Source of the DNA: Lama guanicoe
Taxonomy: Eukaryota
NCBI GenBank assembly: GCA_013239625.1
Contig: MU054212.1
Coordinates: 1,240,001-1,304,000, forward strand
DNA: 64,000 nucleotides
Reading direction: 5' to 3'
The position numbers and the translations under genes were made by a program. The notes beneath the pieces are model-generated. The model worked only from the letters and a program-made list of their open reading frames with translations. It was not told the DNA's origin and searched no databases. Below, one piece after another: positions 1 to 13,802 of the stretch; the stretch's first letter is position 1, and every line of letters starts with the position of its first letter.

Positions 1-2142
1 TACGGGTTTTGCCAATCTATACTATTGGATTGTATGCATTATTCATGCACATTTTGACCAAAATAGCATTAAGAGGAAAACCTAGCAAGAAAGCCTTTCG
101 TGAACAATTGATTTCAAAATGTTTCTAAAAAGGAAAATGAACAGACAGTAAGGAAAACAAGACATTGTGAAGATTTAAAATTCAAAAGGCAGGAGGAATT
201 TTCATGAAACTGCTCTCTCAGACCAATAGTGAAGAATAACAGCCATGAAGTTATTTAACTGGTAACGTTTCAAAAACCATGTTTTAGGAAATTACTAGAG
301 ATTCATAAAGTCAAGCACCTTTAATTTTCTCCCCCTTAGCCACTTTTTCATTTCCCTTCTCTCTGAGCAAGTCTCATAGCTCCAACTTGACTGTAAATGT
401 CTCGAGAACAAATTTTTTAATAACATCTCATCCCAGCTCACTCCTGTCACCCAGCCCTCCCTCTCACATAGCATCCAGAGTGGTGTGTGCAGACTGTATG
501 AAATTACCGAGGGTTACTGATTCTTTTGTGTTCTCTATTGAATATCAATATATTTCTAGGGAGGACAGAAGTATCAATGACATTTGTTCAACAACCTTCA
601 TTCCACAAACACTGAGAGAGCAACTCTGATTCTGTGCTAAGTACCTCAAGGATATAAACTGACACGGTCTCTACCATCACCAAGAGACAAGCACAATGCA
701 ACAGAAGGGCTATGAAAGAGGTGTAAATGGAAGCAACACAGACGAAATGATTCATTCTGCCCAGGGGAGTCAGGAAATGCTACCCAGGAGAGGAGACAGT
801 TTAGAGATGTTTGAGAACTTTGGTAGGAGAGGGTAGCATCAAGGGAAGTTGAAATGGAAAGGGCAGAAAGCTGGTAGGAACACATAGAAAGAATTGCTGA
901 ATTCCTCCCTAAAGGGGCGCCTTCAACATATTTCTGTATTTATTTGCTGGAAGAATGGAATTTTTCCACAGAACTAGCCTCCAGTTTCTCATTAAATCTT
1001 TTGCTTTGACACGCACAAACATTTAGCCCTTTCCCCAGGAAATGCTCACTTACAGGCAGTAATACCAGAAATTTCACTACACAGACATTTCATTCCTTAA
1101 ATATACATGTAATGAAGACAAAATGTGATGCTTTATTAGATTTAGCTCCTTTTAATCATGTAACACAATGGAATTCAACCAAATTGCGAGAAAGAAATTT
1201 ATGTGCTTTATGGAATTTTATGAAATCTTAAGTCTTTGAGCATACTGGGAAAAGTTTAAATAATCAAGAGATCCCATGGGGCTGGAAAAAATACACTACA
1301 CTGTAGGCTAGTAACAAGGTTCATCTCACCCACTGTATCAGATTTTTATTGATCCTGATTATTTGAAGAAATTTAAAGGGAAAACAGGAAGTCACACAGA
1401 CTTAATTTTAAAGCAAGTAACCCAAGTTGTAACCAACTATCAAAAGGCAGATAAAGCATTTAGTAAAAATAATTCAGATATATCTTAAGAGAAATATCTT
1501 AAAACGATCTTTTTTTCATATCTTTTAAGTATCAGAACAGGCCTGATTTAACCTATTGGTCTGACTCAGCACTGAAAAAATTTACTTTAAATGAAACTTG
1601 GTTTTGCATACTGGTTCGGCCTCCCCTCCTGCCTCCACACCTAACAGCCTGCTGTCTCTGCCGCACCGTGAGGACTGGAGGAAGCCAGTGGGCGAGAGCC
1701 TGTAAGTGAAGGGACAAAGGACGAGGCTGTATGAACAGACACGCAGGGCGTGGGTCATGTCAAGAGTCCTGACAGCCCGTTAATCTGGGAGTCTGGATTT
1801 CACTCTGGGTGCAATGAAGAGCCACTGAAGGACTCTGGGCCAGAGATTGCACTGATGTGACTGTCTGCAAACACAGAGCAGGCCTCGGCCTCGGCCTCGG
1901 GATCCTTCTCAACACAGCAGTCGATAAAGCAGCAGCTATTGCAAACCAATCTGAACTGACACCCAAGAAATTTTAATGTCCTCCTAACCTAGGGACGACG
2001 GTTCTTTTTATCTCCTCCTCCTAGAGAAGCTGACTGTAGCAATAAATGTTAGAATACGACTGAAGCAGAAAGACGACAGGAGCTGCCAAATGTCTACTCA
2101 AGAAGAGGACACCCGGCACTAGGAGGTAGTTAACAGCCATCC

Positions 2143-2185
2143 AATCAAGGAACAAACCAAATTCAAATCAAGGAACAAACCAAAT
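2143..2185. repeat. Short tandem duplication (period 23, 20-nt identical core)
   Basis: aatcaaggaacaaaccaaat at 2143-2162 and 2166-2185. Confidence 0.85.
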
Positions 2186-2444
2186 CCGTGCCGTTGGAAC
2201 AGCACTCCGGCCCTAGCACAGCACATGCTGTCAATCAAGGCAGACTCAGTGCTGACTTTCATTCCCAAGTTTCAGGCTCCTGCCTTGACAGCATCACACA
2301 AAAACTAGGTAGTCTGGGGGACTACCAGGCTGGGGAGCTGCTGAGCGATACATTTCCATCTGTTGACTCCAGGAAACTCAAGGTGACGTTGAGATGGTCA
2401 ACTTTAAATTGCCAACAACCCAGATGTCAGGGTTCCAGAATTAC

Positions 2445-2607
2445 CTGACAGTGCATCATAGAACTCTTCCTCACTAAGGATGCTGACAGGTGGGGAGCCT
2501 TTAACCAGAGACTGCTCTAGTTCATGGTGTTCCGTGGCTAGCGTCTCCAGCGCTTCTGACAAAATTTTGTTTTTTTCTTGCTCCTGTTCCAATTTAAAAT
2601 TCCTCAC
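2445..2607 (-). CDS. OSBPL1A: OSBPL1A exon 16 (163 nt), coiled coil and FFAT motif: VRNFKLEQEQEKNKILSEALETLATEHHELEQSLVKGSPPVSILSEEEFYDALS
   Basis: Acceptor ttttcttctag|GTG; donor CAG|gtaatt; VAP-binding FFAT motif EFYDALS at 2446-2466. Confidence 0.97.
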
Positions 2608-3219
2608 CTAGAAGAAAACAGACATACAAAAAAAGACTTCAGAGTGACAGGAGACAGACGTTCTCGAAAGGAGGTGAAAATTATTTGCTTTCAATCTAGT
2701 TCAACTGCAACATCGGGAATGAAAACAGTTGTGTTACACAGACACGGATGAATGAGCCAAATTACTGAGATAACTCTGTCCTCCCCGTGGGGCCTTGTCT
2801 CGCATCAGTTCTAGCTAATGAAACTAGATTAAGAACCAGCAAACAGATTCAGCTCAAAACGATCAGGATCCTAGTAGAAGGACATTAGCCAGTCTGAAAA
2901 TCATATAAGTTCTTTTAAAACAAAGAATATTTCACTTAATATTCATTATGAAATTAAGAAGCCAATTTTTGAACAAAACAAAGAATTAAAACCATTGGCA
3001 TGTTTTTTTTTAACAAAATAAAGAAAACCATTGTAAATATTAAAATTTGTACCACATCAAAGCATAAGAGAAAAATTTTCGGCTCACTTTCAAAATAGCT
3101 GGTATATCAAATTAAGGGAAATAAGTATCCACATGATGGCATTTTAACTGCCATTTTTCAATTCTGTATTTTGATTTTGGTCCCATATTCTACCTTGAAT
3201 TTAATGTACTAAAAAAATA

Positions 3220-3513
3220 ATCAAACAGACTCACAGACATAGAAAACAAACTTACGGTTACCGTTGAGGAAGGGGGTGGGAAGGGATAAACTGGGAGTTG
3301 GAGATTTGCAGGTACTAACTAATATACATAGAATAGATAAACAAGATCATACTGTATAGCACAGGGAACCATATTCAATATCTTGTAGTAACTTATGGTG
3401 AAAAAGAATGAAAACAAATATATGTACATTCAAATATATATATGAAGTACTGTTGTACACCAGAAATTGACAAATTGTAAACTATTTCAAAAAATATATA
3501 CATATACAAAAAA
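3220..3513 (+). mobile_element. L1 3' UTR fragment
   Basis: Similar to the 3' UTR at 62300-62600 (cagacatagaaaacaaactt ... gtatagcacagggaac ... tacaccagaaattgaca). Confidence 0.85.
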
Positions 3514-6500
3514 GTCAATTTTAGAGAAGGCAAAGACTTCATCCTTCAAAGACGCAGTCTACATTTCCTATCTAATTCAAGAGCATCTCAACCTTTGCAG
3601 TTAACTACAGCCTTCTAAAAAACAGCAGGTCCTAGATTTGGTATGAACAGTCTCACCTATCCTTCAACCAGAACTCTGGAAATCTCAATTACTCTGTAAT
3701 CTCCCTCAACTTCTAGAGCCTATGCGGCACTAGACAGGAGCCAGAAAAGCTGGGATCTACCACTGTACATTGTGTAACCTCAGAAGTCCCTGTTCTTGCT
3801 TCCTCACCTATAAAATAGGGATTCCACTACTATCTAATAATTTAATCAGTAGCTTCAACTCAGCGCGCTTCAATATTTTTTTCTTAAGTTTTAGCAGCAG
3901 AACCTATTTCTCAAACATAATCCCAGCAGGTAAAACAGAAGTTTCACGAAGCAGAACTGCACAGGGTGACCCTTCCTCTCCCTGGGGTTCCCTCAAGCCC
4001 CAAAGCCAGGGGCTGTTCCAGCAGTTTGAAAGGCACTGGATGGGGCGACCTCCAAAACCGCCCCCAGGTCAAAATGTCTGCCTCTGGGTCCTGGAGTCGG
4101 CAAATTCTCTCACCACTGCTCCGAAATGCTCTCTGCTGAACCTGCCTCCCACTTCCTGGCATTCCCTCTCAGTCTCCGCCCCTCGGTCCACAAGGATGCA
4201 GCATCTCCCTCCACGATGCCAGAGCCACGCATTGAGTGGAACACTCCAAGAAACCAGATATGACTTAAAATACAGCTTTGTTGAAATGTTAAGAAGCTCA
4301 TAACAAAAATAGGGTTAAACCTTCATTATCCTAGGAATAGTTTCAGTCCTCAGGCACCTTAGTGTAGTGTTTATTATTATTACAGCAACAAGATTATTCT
4401 TATTAGAACTGCAATAATGAAATAGAAATAGCAGTAACTAGTAAGCACTAATGAGCAGAACACATACAAAACTGAAAAAAATAACTTACACATTTACAGC
4501 TTTTAATGAATTGCAAGATAATTGCAAATATTCCTATAATCTGAATTTTATCTCTTAAAAGGAAATACTCTTACTATGGCTAGGGTCAACTTCAAAAAAA
4601 AAAAAAAGGAAAAAAGCTGTCCTTCCTCCATTTGATGGGTTAAACAATTCATGTGTCTATAAACAAGGACTAGAAAATTCACCGCAATGTCCAAAACGAT
4701 CCTTTATTTGAATGAAAAGATCTATCAGCACCGCTGTAGATTCCAAAAACCCCACTGCAGGAAGATCCAAACTTTCACCCCTCCCTTCAGCTTGATTTAG
4801 CGGTCAAATATCAAAATGCAAATGTGCTGCTGACACTGTATCTTTCCAGAGAAGAATCAACTAAATTATCCCCTTCAGCTAACAAATACAGAAGTTTCAG
4901 GACCTAAATTCATTAGGTTTCAGAAAAGTGGCAAAATGAATCATTGAGATTCCAAAATATCAAGTTCCTCAACAAAACTGTATTCCAAATCCTTCTCCTT
5001 TATCCCTCTGAAATAAGCATCACTGCATTTCCGCCACCTCGACATCTGTTCTCACTTGTTCTTCAGAGAAGGAGTGAAAGGGTGGAAGCAGACGCGGCTC
5101 TAACTACAGTTCTAGTTCTTGTTTTTATCTGTGAGTTGATCTGAGGGCATCTGTATTAGATTCAAGCAAATGATCTTCCGCACTGAAGGTACCTTACTCA
5201 CAAACTTCCCACCAAATGGCAGTTATCTCCCGTCATGTAAAGTGATGGAGCTGAGAAAGTAGGTGTATGTATCACAGAAAATGCACCAGTAAAGGAGCTT
5301 GCTCCTTGCAGCAGACAAGCATTTGAGAACATACTTAACTGCCATCGATGCTTTTCGGTCAATTAGATCAATCAATTGGAACAGTCAACTGGAACAACTA
5401 ATTTCAAACCAGCTACAATCTCAGTGCTTCACAAACACCTAGGGGATATCCTGCATTGGGAAATTAGTGCAGAACTGCTCATAAAGTTATGCAGAGTGCA
5501 AGTTCATAAAACCTTCATCTTATTAAAGTCTGTCTCCAAAATCTCATTTGCTAGCTTAGAAACTATGTTGTAACAGAAACAGTACCTTCATGCAATCCCT
5601 CTTTGCAATTCCAGGCACAGGGAATATGTATACCAATACACGCATACTGATGACACTTTTTAAACAAAATCCTCAAACTACAACTACCCTAATTATTATT
5701 AAAGGAATAAAGAACTTGCTTCACAAGATCAGTGGAGCCCAACATGTGTTCGTAATTACATTAGAACATTTCTAGAATATGCATGACATTTTATTTTTCA
5801 AATCCACTTATAAGATTTATTCCCTCAGCCACTTTGCCACAATAAAAATCAACATATAACCAAGTAAACATAAATGTCAAACTTCTTATGAGAAAAAATT
5901 TAAGGAATGAATCACCACACACTTAATAGTTACAAAGTATTATTAATAGACACATTGCTCTGTGTGTCTGTAGCCCATTTAGACTAATGCAAATTCAAGC
6001 CTTTCCATAGTCTCCTCGAATCACTTCAACAGGACAACCTTTCCTTGTACTTCATGTCATCCTGGTGGGTAAAATTCACAACGAACATTTCCAAAGCGTT
6101 CTTCACACTGGCAGTGAACGGATGCGGGCCAAAGAACTGAATTTTAAAAAGAGACTTGCACTCGCCAGCGTATACAGTTTATTAGCTCTCTCATTCTGTA
6201 AAGTGCCCTGTTATTTACCCATGTTTCACAGAAGTTAAATCAGGCAGAGATAATGATTAAGTCTGGCAAAGACACACCATTAAGTGGGAGTAAATGATTA
6301 GTATTCACAGAACACTGGGTCCAATTATCCAATTACAGGTTAGGTCACATTCTGGCCTTAATCAATCTGGTGAAGCTTTCAACTGACTGCCCTCTGGCCA
6401 GATCAACAGCATTAACCTTATTCATTTCCTCTTTGTCACTGGATATGACTACAATCATGAAGAACACATTGAGTCAAGACTGCAAGGCTAGATCTTGAAT

Positions 6501-7089
6501 TCAAAAACATCTAATTTTATCTCAGATAAGGAATTACACTGACTCTTATTTATGTGATTAGGACCAACAATATGCTGACTTTTCCCTGTATTGCCACATA
6601 GTTGTTAGAAAGTGGGTCTGGTCATTTACAGTTGGCAAGGGCTCCTCTGCTCACAGAAGACCAATGCACTGCTTTGGGGGAGGAGGAAGAGGAGGAGGAG
6701 GATGGAGCTCTCGCATGAATGCAAACGATCAATGTTACTTCCAAATTCATAGCCAGGTGGACTCACACTCTCATCCCCAGAGCTCAGGAAAAGTAAGATT
6801 TGATCCCACGTGTCAGGCAGGATCATGTATGAAAATGGATCCTCATGACTGGATAGCTTTGTTTTATAGACTTACAAAGCAACTCTGCACACATTAACTT
6901 TCAGGGTTTTGTTGCCTCTAATGCCCTTCTTCTATGCCATCCCATCAATGCCTTTTCAACTGTAATCAACTTCCTCACGTTCCTGGAGCCTTTTTTTTTT
7001 TCCAGTCCTTTCCCCTGACTAAAAAAGATGCTTACTTAAACATAAATCTGCCTCAGTGACCAAGGAGATTTGTCTGACAGGAGGAAATG

Positions 7090-7811
7090 GAGATGAGGCA
7101 GGCCGTGCAAGGAGGTTGTGGGTGGGGACAGGGGCTGCACAGAGCTTGCCCACCATGGTAAGGACGCTGGCTTTGACACTGACTGACATGGGGAGCTACT
7201 GGATGGTTTTGAGAAGAGGAGTTACCATTAACTGATTTACATTTTAACACAATCTCTCCGACTGATATCCTGAAGAGGAGACCTGGGGGGAAGGTCAAGC
7301 GTAGAATCAAAAAGATCTTTCAAGAAGCTACTGCAACAATCCAGGTTAAGAGATGGGTGACAGCAACGGAGGTGTTGAGAAGTAGTCAGATTCTGGGTAT
7401 ACACTAAAGGCAGGCCTAAATGACCTGCTGGCAGCCTACGGGATGTGAGAGAAATGGGAAATCAAGGATGACTTCATGGTTTTGACCTGAGCAACTAAAG
7501 ACAGAGTCATTACCCAACTCGAGGAAGATGGCAGGAGGGACCGGGACAACCAGGAACTCAGCTTCATATATGGTAGGTGTGAGATGCCATCAGACACTCA
7601 TGTAGGCAATTAGATATCAAATCAGGTGTTCAGGGAAGAGGCCCAGGCTGGAGCTATAACTCTGGAAGTCATTTGTAAATAGATGAGGATTTTAAGCTGT
7701 AAGACCAGAAAGAAGCACTACAGGAGAGACAGTGAAACAGAAACAGGAAGAAATCCAAGGACTGACATTTCCTTCTGCTGGGAGAGATGAGAAAGAATAA
7801 GCAAAGGAAAC

Positions 7812-7842
<31 letters not shown>

Positions 7843-8180
7843 AAAAAAAAAGGAGAGACTGAAAGAAATCAGGAGTGTGTGGACATCTGGAAGCTTAAAT
7901 GAAGTACTTCAAGGAGGAACAAGTGATTCTGTCAAGCACTGATGACAAATCAAATAACATGAGAACTAAGAAAAGACCTCTTGATCTGGTGATGAGGTCA
8001 ATGGTGACCTTGACAAGGGCAGGTTCGGTGCAGTGCTAAGAGAACCCTGAAGGCAAAGGCTTGACTAGAGTAGGTGAAAAGAAATGGGAGAAGGAATCTT
8101 GGAAAGGGCGAGCACAGCCCATTAAGAAGTTTTGCTAAAAAGGAAAGAAGAAAATTGGGGGAACTACTGAAGAGGGTATG
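7090..8180 (-). mobile_element. L2 LINE remnant with an A-rich run at about 7811-7852
   Basis: gaagctactgcaacaatccagg, gtcagattctgggtatac, tcaaggatgacttcatggttttgacctgagcaact, ggtgaccttgacaagggcag. Confidence 0.75.
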
Positions 8181-9208
8181 GGGTCAATAAGGCTTTATGA
8201 TGGAAGAGCACCCAGCATGTTTCTACACTAATGGGAAAGAGTCGATAAGAGCAGAGGAAACCAATGAGGTAGGAGTAAGAGATAATTCCTGGAATGTTGT
8301 TCTTGAGTTTGCAAAAGAGGATGCGATCCGATCCACACGTGTACAGCTGACTTTTACTAAGGACACTGAAAGTTCACCCTTAGTTGCAGAAGGAAGACCA
8401 GCATGTATGTACACAGATTCATACAGGTAAGTCTAAGTTTTCTTCTAGGCACTCCTTTTGTCTCAGTGCATGTAAGAAATGTAGACAATAGGAAACAAAG
8501 AGGTCCTCAACCTGGAGGTGCCAGCATGCGACGTGGTCAAAAGCTACCAGTCTCTCTAACATTACACACAGCATTCAAAAGTTCATCCTGAGATTTAAAA
8601 TGAGACCATTTCCTAGGACCCCCCCCCAAAGCCTCATTCACACTAACCTGGTCAACCCAACAAGGCAGTGGCTCCAGCATTCCCCCCCTGCTTACAGTCA
8701 ACTGTGGCTTGCTCCTGGACCCATTAAACAAAGAATGCCCCCTTTCTTACTGGGTCTACCATTTCCCTCAATCTGGCTTGAGCCAACAGAAAAGGAAATC
8801 CCACTGGGAATTGCCTCAGTACCTAATTCTGCCCTTAGGCTCTGTCTTGGGAATGAAGGTGAGGGCCTGCTGACTTACTGACACGCTTGAAGTAAAATGA
8901 CCTCAGCAGAGCTTGTTAAACTGCACTTTCTGCTAATAATTTGGTAGGTCCACAACTCCCAAATGTATCTTCAGACACTTTAAATAAAGGAGGAATCTGG
9001 GGAAAACTGCTTACTCCCGTATCTAGCATAAAGCCCAAAAGTCACTTAAGAATTATTTGGTAAATAAATGGGGAGTTCAAAAAGCAAGGGCAGATGATAC
9101 TTGGAAGAATCAACATAAAACCAGAGTATTTGGTAGTTACCTTTGCCAGACTGATTTAAAAATAACCTCTCAGAAAAATAAAATCAATGGGAGAATACTA
9201 CTACTTAC

Positions 9209-9238
9209 GAATGACAACATGGCTGAGTTTTTACAGGT
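9209..9238 (-). CDS. OSBPL1A: Candidate 30-nt alternative microexon in intron 15 (TCKNSAMLSF)
   Basis: tttctgttttcTGCttttttttttaaag|ACCTGTAAAAACTCAGCCATGTTGTCATTC|gtaagt; frame-preserving in a phase-0 intron, no stop codon. Confidence 0.55.
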
Positions 9239-11199
9239 CTTTAAAAAAAAAAGCAGAAAACAGAAATATGTCTTCAGAAACAAAAGCACCATTTGCTTCT
9301 GCCGCACGTTACGAACAATAGATTCAACAGCGTGGACTCAGCTCCCTTGTTCAATGGTTCTGGCATTTAAACTAACTTGGTACAAGTAAGAGCTCATAAT
9401 AATTTTCTCTTTTAATTGTGGTGTTGTATCACTTGACACCAATTCTTAACAGTCACATAAGGAGTAACTGCAATAAAGTTAAATTTCCGTAACTGTGTAC
9501 CTTTTACATTCGGGAAGCTGGTACTTATAGGATTATATTCAGAAAAGCACTACTACCTCAATATATATTCCTCAAATTATTCTAGATCATGGTATAAAGT
9601 ATTAAAAATTTCAAAAGGTTCTTATGTATCATGTAAATTACAGAACCAAACGTTAAATTGTCATGTAATGGTATATATTAAACACACTACAAACAGATTT
9701 CAACATAATGTAAGAAATCGGTGTTGGCTACATGGAAATGATGTAAATCTATTCAATAAAAATTCTAAAATGTTACCATGTTTGAGGAACACATACTACA
9801 AACTTGTTTGGAAAACTGGAGATTTTTAAAGAATGCACTAACCTTTCTGTCTCTAGACGGCTCTTCTAATCTACAGATTGTGGCCTTGAGCTGCAACAGC
9901 TAGATTTCCAGCCTCCAGCCTGCACTGCTCACTTCAGATTGGCCCCCACAATCCTAGCCGGCACGAGCCAATTCCTTAATATCTATCCTGTTGCTACTGT
10001 CTGGCCTGACTTCAGTGGTTTTTGTGTACTGACAGACTCCTTGGTTTGCCTCAAGTCTGAAGTCAAGGAGAGATTTTGTTAGCAACCAAGGACCTCCCTG
10101 TTGAGCCCTGAACAGACTTCTCCTCAGTTACATGGCTTATCCCTACACTTGTACCACTAAATGTACAAAGGTAGTACAGAGTCATACCACCCCCTAGATT
10201 CTCTAAAATGTTTAATATACTGTGTAATGTTGCACCCTTAGAGTGTATAGTAACAGAGGCAGGAGGGGACTGAAGCAGTGCAAAATAACCTTTTTTCTTT
10301 ACTAAAATCTCTTTAACCAGTATTAATGAGTATTTCACAGTTTACTTAAAAAGTAATAATTAAAGGGCAGGCTCCTGAACAAAAATGTCTCTTAAAATCT
10401 CACTATACTTAACTTTAGTATAAAAGTTCATCTAGCAAAAAGAAAAACCCAAACAACTTCATAAGCATTTGTATAAACACTGGTTCTGCTTTCACAGGAC
10501 TGTTTCTATGCCTACAACTGATAAGCTACATGCACAGCATTTTACAGTTTAAAAGGCACTTTTATATACTGTTAGTTCATTAAATCCTCCAAAGAGCCCT
10601 ATGAGGAACGTATACATGTATAGATTGAAGCTCATAAAGTTTAAGTAACTTGCCAAAGGTTAGCAGAGGAATGAAAAACTGAAACCAAGACCTTTTAACC
10701 CCAAATTCCATAAGCTTTCCAACCCATGGTATTACCAGCAGCCGTAAGACCCAGGAACACTGTTGATGGGAATACACGATTAGGAGTCTTAGAAGCAGAG
10801 GGTCTCACTTTTTTTTTTTTTTTTGATAGGGTCACTGGACTGGTGGACCAGACGAATGAGGGAGGCAGGTAGTTACCTGGACTGCAGCAACGTATTTGTT
10901 AAAACCATCCCTTGGACCCCGGCAGGAATGACATCACTGCAAAATGGCGAGTTCACTAGATGGAGCAGGAACCTGGCTGAACCCATGCCCTCCGGGAGAA
11001 GAGTTTTTCATTCCAACAACTAGTACATCTGTTCTGTTCAAAACCTGCCTTAGAGCTGAGGTTCTCCATCATGAAGCGTATACTTGGAGCAGCTATAGGA
11101 TTGGTTTGGTTTGGTTTGAGCCCAGACCTACTGCATCAGGACTTCGAAGAATGAATGAGGCCTGAGATCTCTAATTCCTCTCAATAGCTGGTCTCCTTC

Positions 11200-11545
11200 C
11201 TTAGTAAGAACCCCGATTTGTTAGCTGGCTACACCGCTCTCCAGCTTAAAAACTATTGCTCAGTCTCTCTGAAGGCTGTGGCCACATGACTAAGTTGTGG
11301 CCAAGGAGAATGGAAGTGTTGTAAGGAATTCACCAGACCTCCTTAAAGGGAAGGGCATCCTCCTATTTTTTTGCCCCTTCCTCCTGACTAGAATTCAGTA
11401 TTTGGAATAGCCCCGAACACCTGAAACTGCTCTCCTAGGCTCAGACTGCCTACCTCCTGTCTTCTTTAAGGTGAAAAAGAAATTCCCTAAATCAAGCTAA
11501 TGCTATTTGGCTTTGGGTTCTTTGCTTGGTGCTAATACTAATACA
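11200..11545 (+). mobile_element. Old MLT1-like LTR remnant
   Basis: ggccacatgactaagttgtggccaa ... gactgcctacctcc ... motifs typical of old MLT1 LTRs. Confidence 0.5.
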
Positions 11546-11857
11546 TGTGATGCTTTTTAAAAAGCACCACACACACACACACATACAAAAACAACCCAAC
11601 AAGCCAACAACAACAACAAAAGCGAAGCACCACCAAGTATTCTGCTGTGGCTCCTGGGTAAGAACTGCCAAATTAGGAGAATTTCAGTCTAGTTAAAAAA
11701 TCCCTGCTGGGCAGGTACTGCTATTTCAAGGTAAGTGCTAGGGATACAAAGCAGAGGAAGAGACTGATTAATCCTTGGAGAGCTTACAGTCTAGAAAGAG
11801 GAAAAACAGAAAAGATGCTTCACATTCCTGCCCAACACATCCATTAAAAATGCAAAC

Positions 11858-11983
11858 TCTATCACAGGGAACTGTATTCAGTATCTTGTAGTAACCTATA
11901 ATGAAAAAGCATATGACTGAAACATTATGCTGTACACCAGAAACTGACAACACTGTAAACTGACTATACTTCAATTAAAAAAA
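11858..11983 (+). mobile_element. Short L1 3' tip with poly(A)
   Basis: cacagggaactgtattcag ... gactatacttcaattaaaa; TSD aaaaatgcaaac at 11846-11857 and 11984-11995. Confidence 0.85.
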
Positions 11984-12813
11984 AAAAATGCAAACCCAGC
12001 ATTACTTTACTTTAAAGCTTTTCAATGGTTCTTCATTTGCTTTGACTTACAGTCTCCAAAGCAGACTGTGTGTGCGCTCATGAGACATAGGAATACTGGA
12101 AAAGTCTTTTTGCCAAAAATATTAGACCAAATGTTATGTATGCACATATGATAATATACATGCAGACAGCAGTGCCCTCACATGGTCCACAGGTCAAGGG
12201 TCAAGCGCAGGATGCACAGTAACCTCGGGAAGAGTGGCAGCTATCACTCAGACTGACGGAAGCACCTGCTTCCAGGGTGTTGTGATGCACTGCAGTTCAT
12301 GAGAGCCTGGTTACAAGGATTTACAGGCTACAGTACCTAGTTAACTCACAAAATGCACCCACAGCATCAAGACCTCCAGAAAGAAGCTCCAGATTGAAGA
12401 TAATACTAATGATGCTAACAAAGCGCACAGACGAGGGCAAAGGCTTCTACTGCTAGTGAGAGCTCTTTGTCAGCCACTCTGGTAAAGAGAGATCATATAT
12501 AATCAGATGGCAATAAGCCAGTTCTCCAGAAGACCATGTGAAATACAGACAGACGTACACACGTGTGCATACAGTTGTATGCAGGCCACCCTCTATTTAC
12601 GTGTTGTTATTATGCCCTGAGATATAAACTAATAAGCAATAGTCATGATATTTGTCTCAACATTTAAAATCTAAGCATCCAGAAGATGAAGATAAACCTC
12701 CCCAAATTTCCTCAGTGATGTTTAAAATCATATGACATTCAGCCCAGAGCTTTACCCTTGAAATTTCTTCACTAAATGTAATAAAATGTTTAGAAACTCC
12801 TTTAAGGTTTTTT

Positions 12814-13802
12814 TTTAACATTTTTTATTGATTTATAATCATTTTACAATGTTGTGTCAAATTCCAGTGTTCAGCACAATTTTTCAGTCATTCATGGACA
12901 TATACACACTCATTGTCACATTTTTTTCTCTGTGATTTATCATAACATTTTGTGTATATTTCCCTGTGCTATACAGTGTAATCTTGTTTATCTATTCTAC
13001 AATTTTGAAATCCCAGTCTATCCCTTCCCACCCTCTACCCCCCTGGTAACCACAAGTCTGTATTCTCTGTCCATGAGTCTATTTCTGTCCTGTATTTATG
13101 CTTTGTTTTTGTGTTTTTGTTTTTGTTTTTTAGATTCCACATATGAGCGATCTCATATGGTATTTTTCTTTCTCTTTCTGGCTTACTTCACTTAGAATGA
13201 CATTCTCCAGGAGCATCCATGTTGCTGCAAATGGCATTATGTTGTCGGTTTTTATGGCTGAGTAGTATTCCATTGTATAAATATACCACCTCTTCTTTAT
13301 CCAGTCACCTGTTGATGGACATTTAGGCTGTTTCCATGTTTTGGCTATTGTAAATAGTGCTGCTATGAACATTGGGGTGCAGGTGTCATCCTGAAGTAGA
13401 TTTCCTTCTGGGTACAAGCCCAGGAGTGGGATTCCTGAGTCATATGGTAAGTCTATTCCTAGTCTTTTGAGGAATCTCCACACTGTTTTCCACAATGGCT
13501 GCACCAAACTGCATTCCCACCAGCAGTGTAGGAGGGTTCCCCTTTCTCCACAGCCTCTCCAGCATTTGTCATTTGTGGATTTTTGAACGACGGCCATTCT
13601 GACTGGTATGAGGTGATACCTCATTGTAGTTTTGATTTGCATTTCTCTGATAATTAGTGATATTGAGCATTTTTTCATGTGCTTTTTGATCATTTGTATG
13701 TCTTCCTTGGAGAATTGCTTATTTAGGCCTTCTGCCCATTTTTGGATTGGTTGTTTATTTTTTTCTTATTGAGTCGTATGAGCTGCTTATATATTCTGGA
13801 GA
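12814..13802 (-). mobile_element. Young 5'-truncated L1 with an open ORF2 C-terminus (13130-13693)
   Basis: 187-aa ORF with the L1 ORF2 cysteine-rich motif ([18 protein letters not shown]); perfect 15-bp TSD cctttaaggtttttt at 12799-12813 and 13803-13817. Confidence 0.95.

Noticed and set aside
3770..4303. 177-aa plus-strand ORF
   Set aside because: Non-ATG start within a MIR-like remnant, no recognisable homology, antisense within an intron.
13130..13693. 187-aa ORF as a host gene
   Set aside because: It is the C-terminus of L1 ORF2 inside a TSD-flanked, truncated L1.
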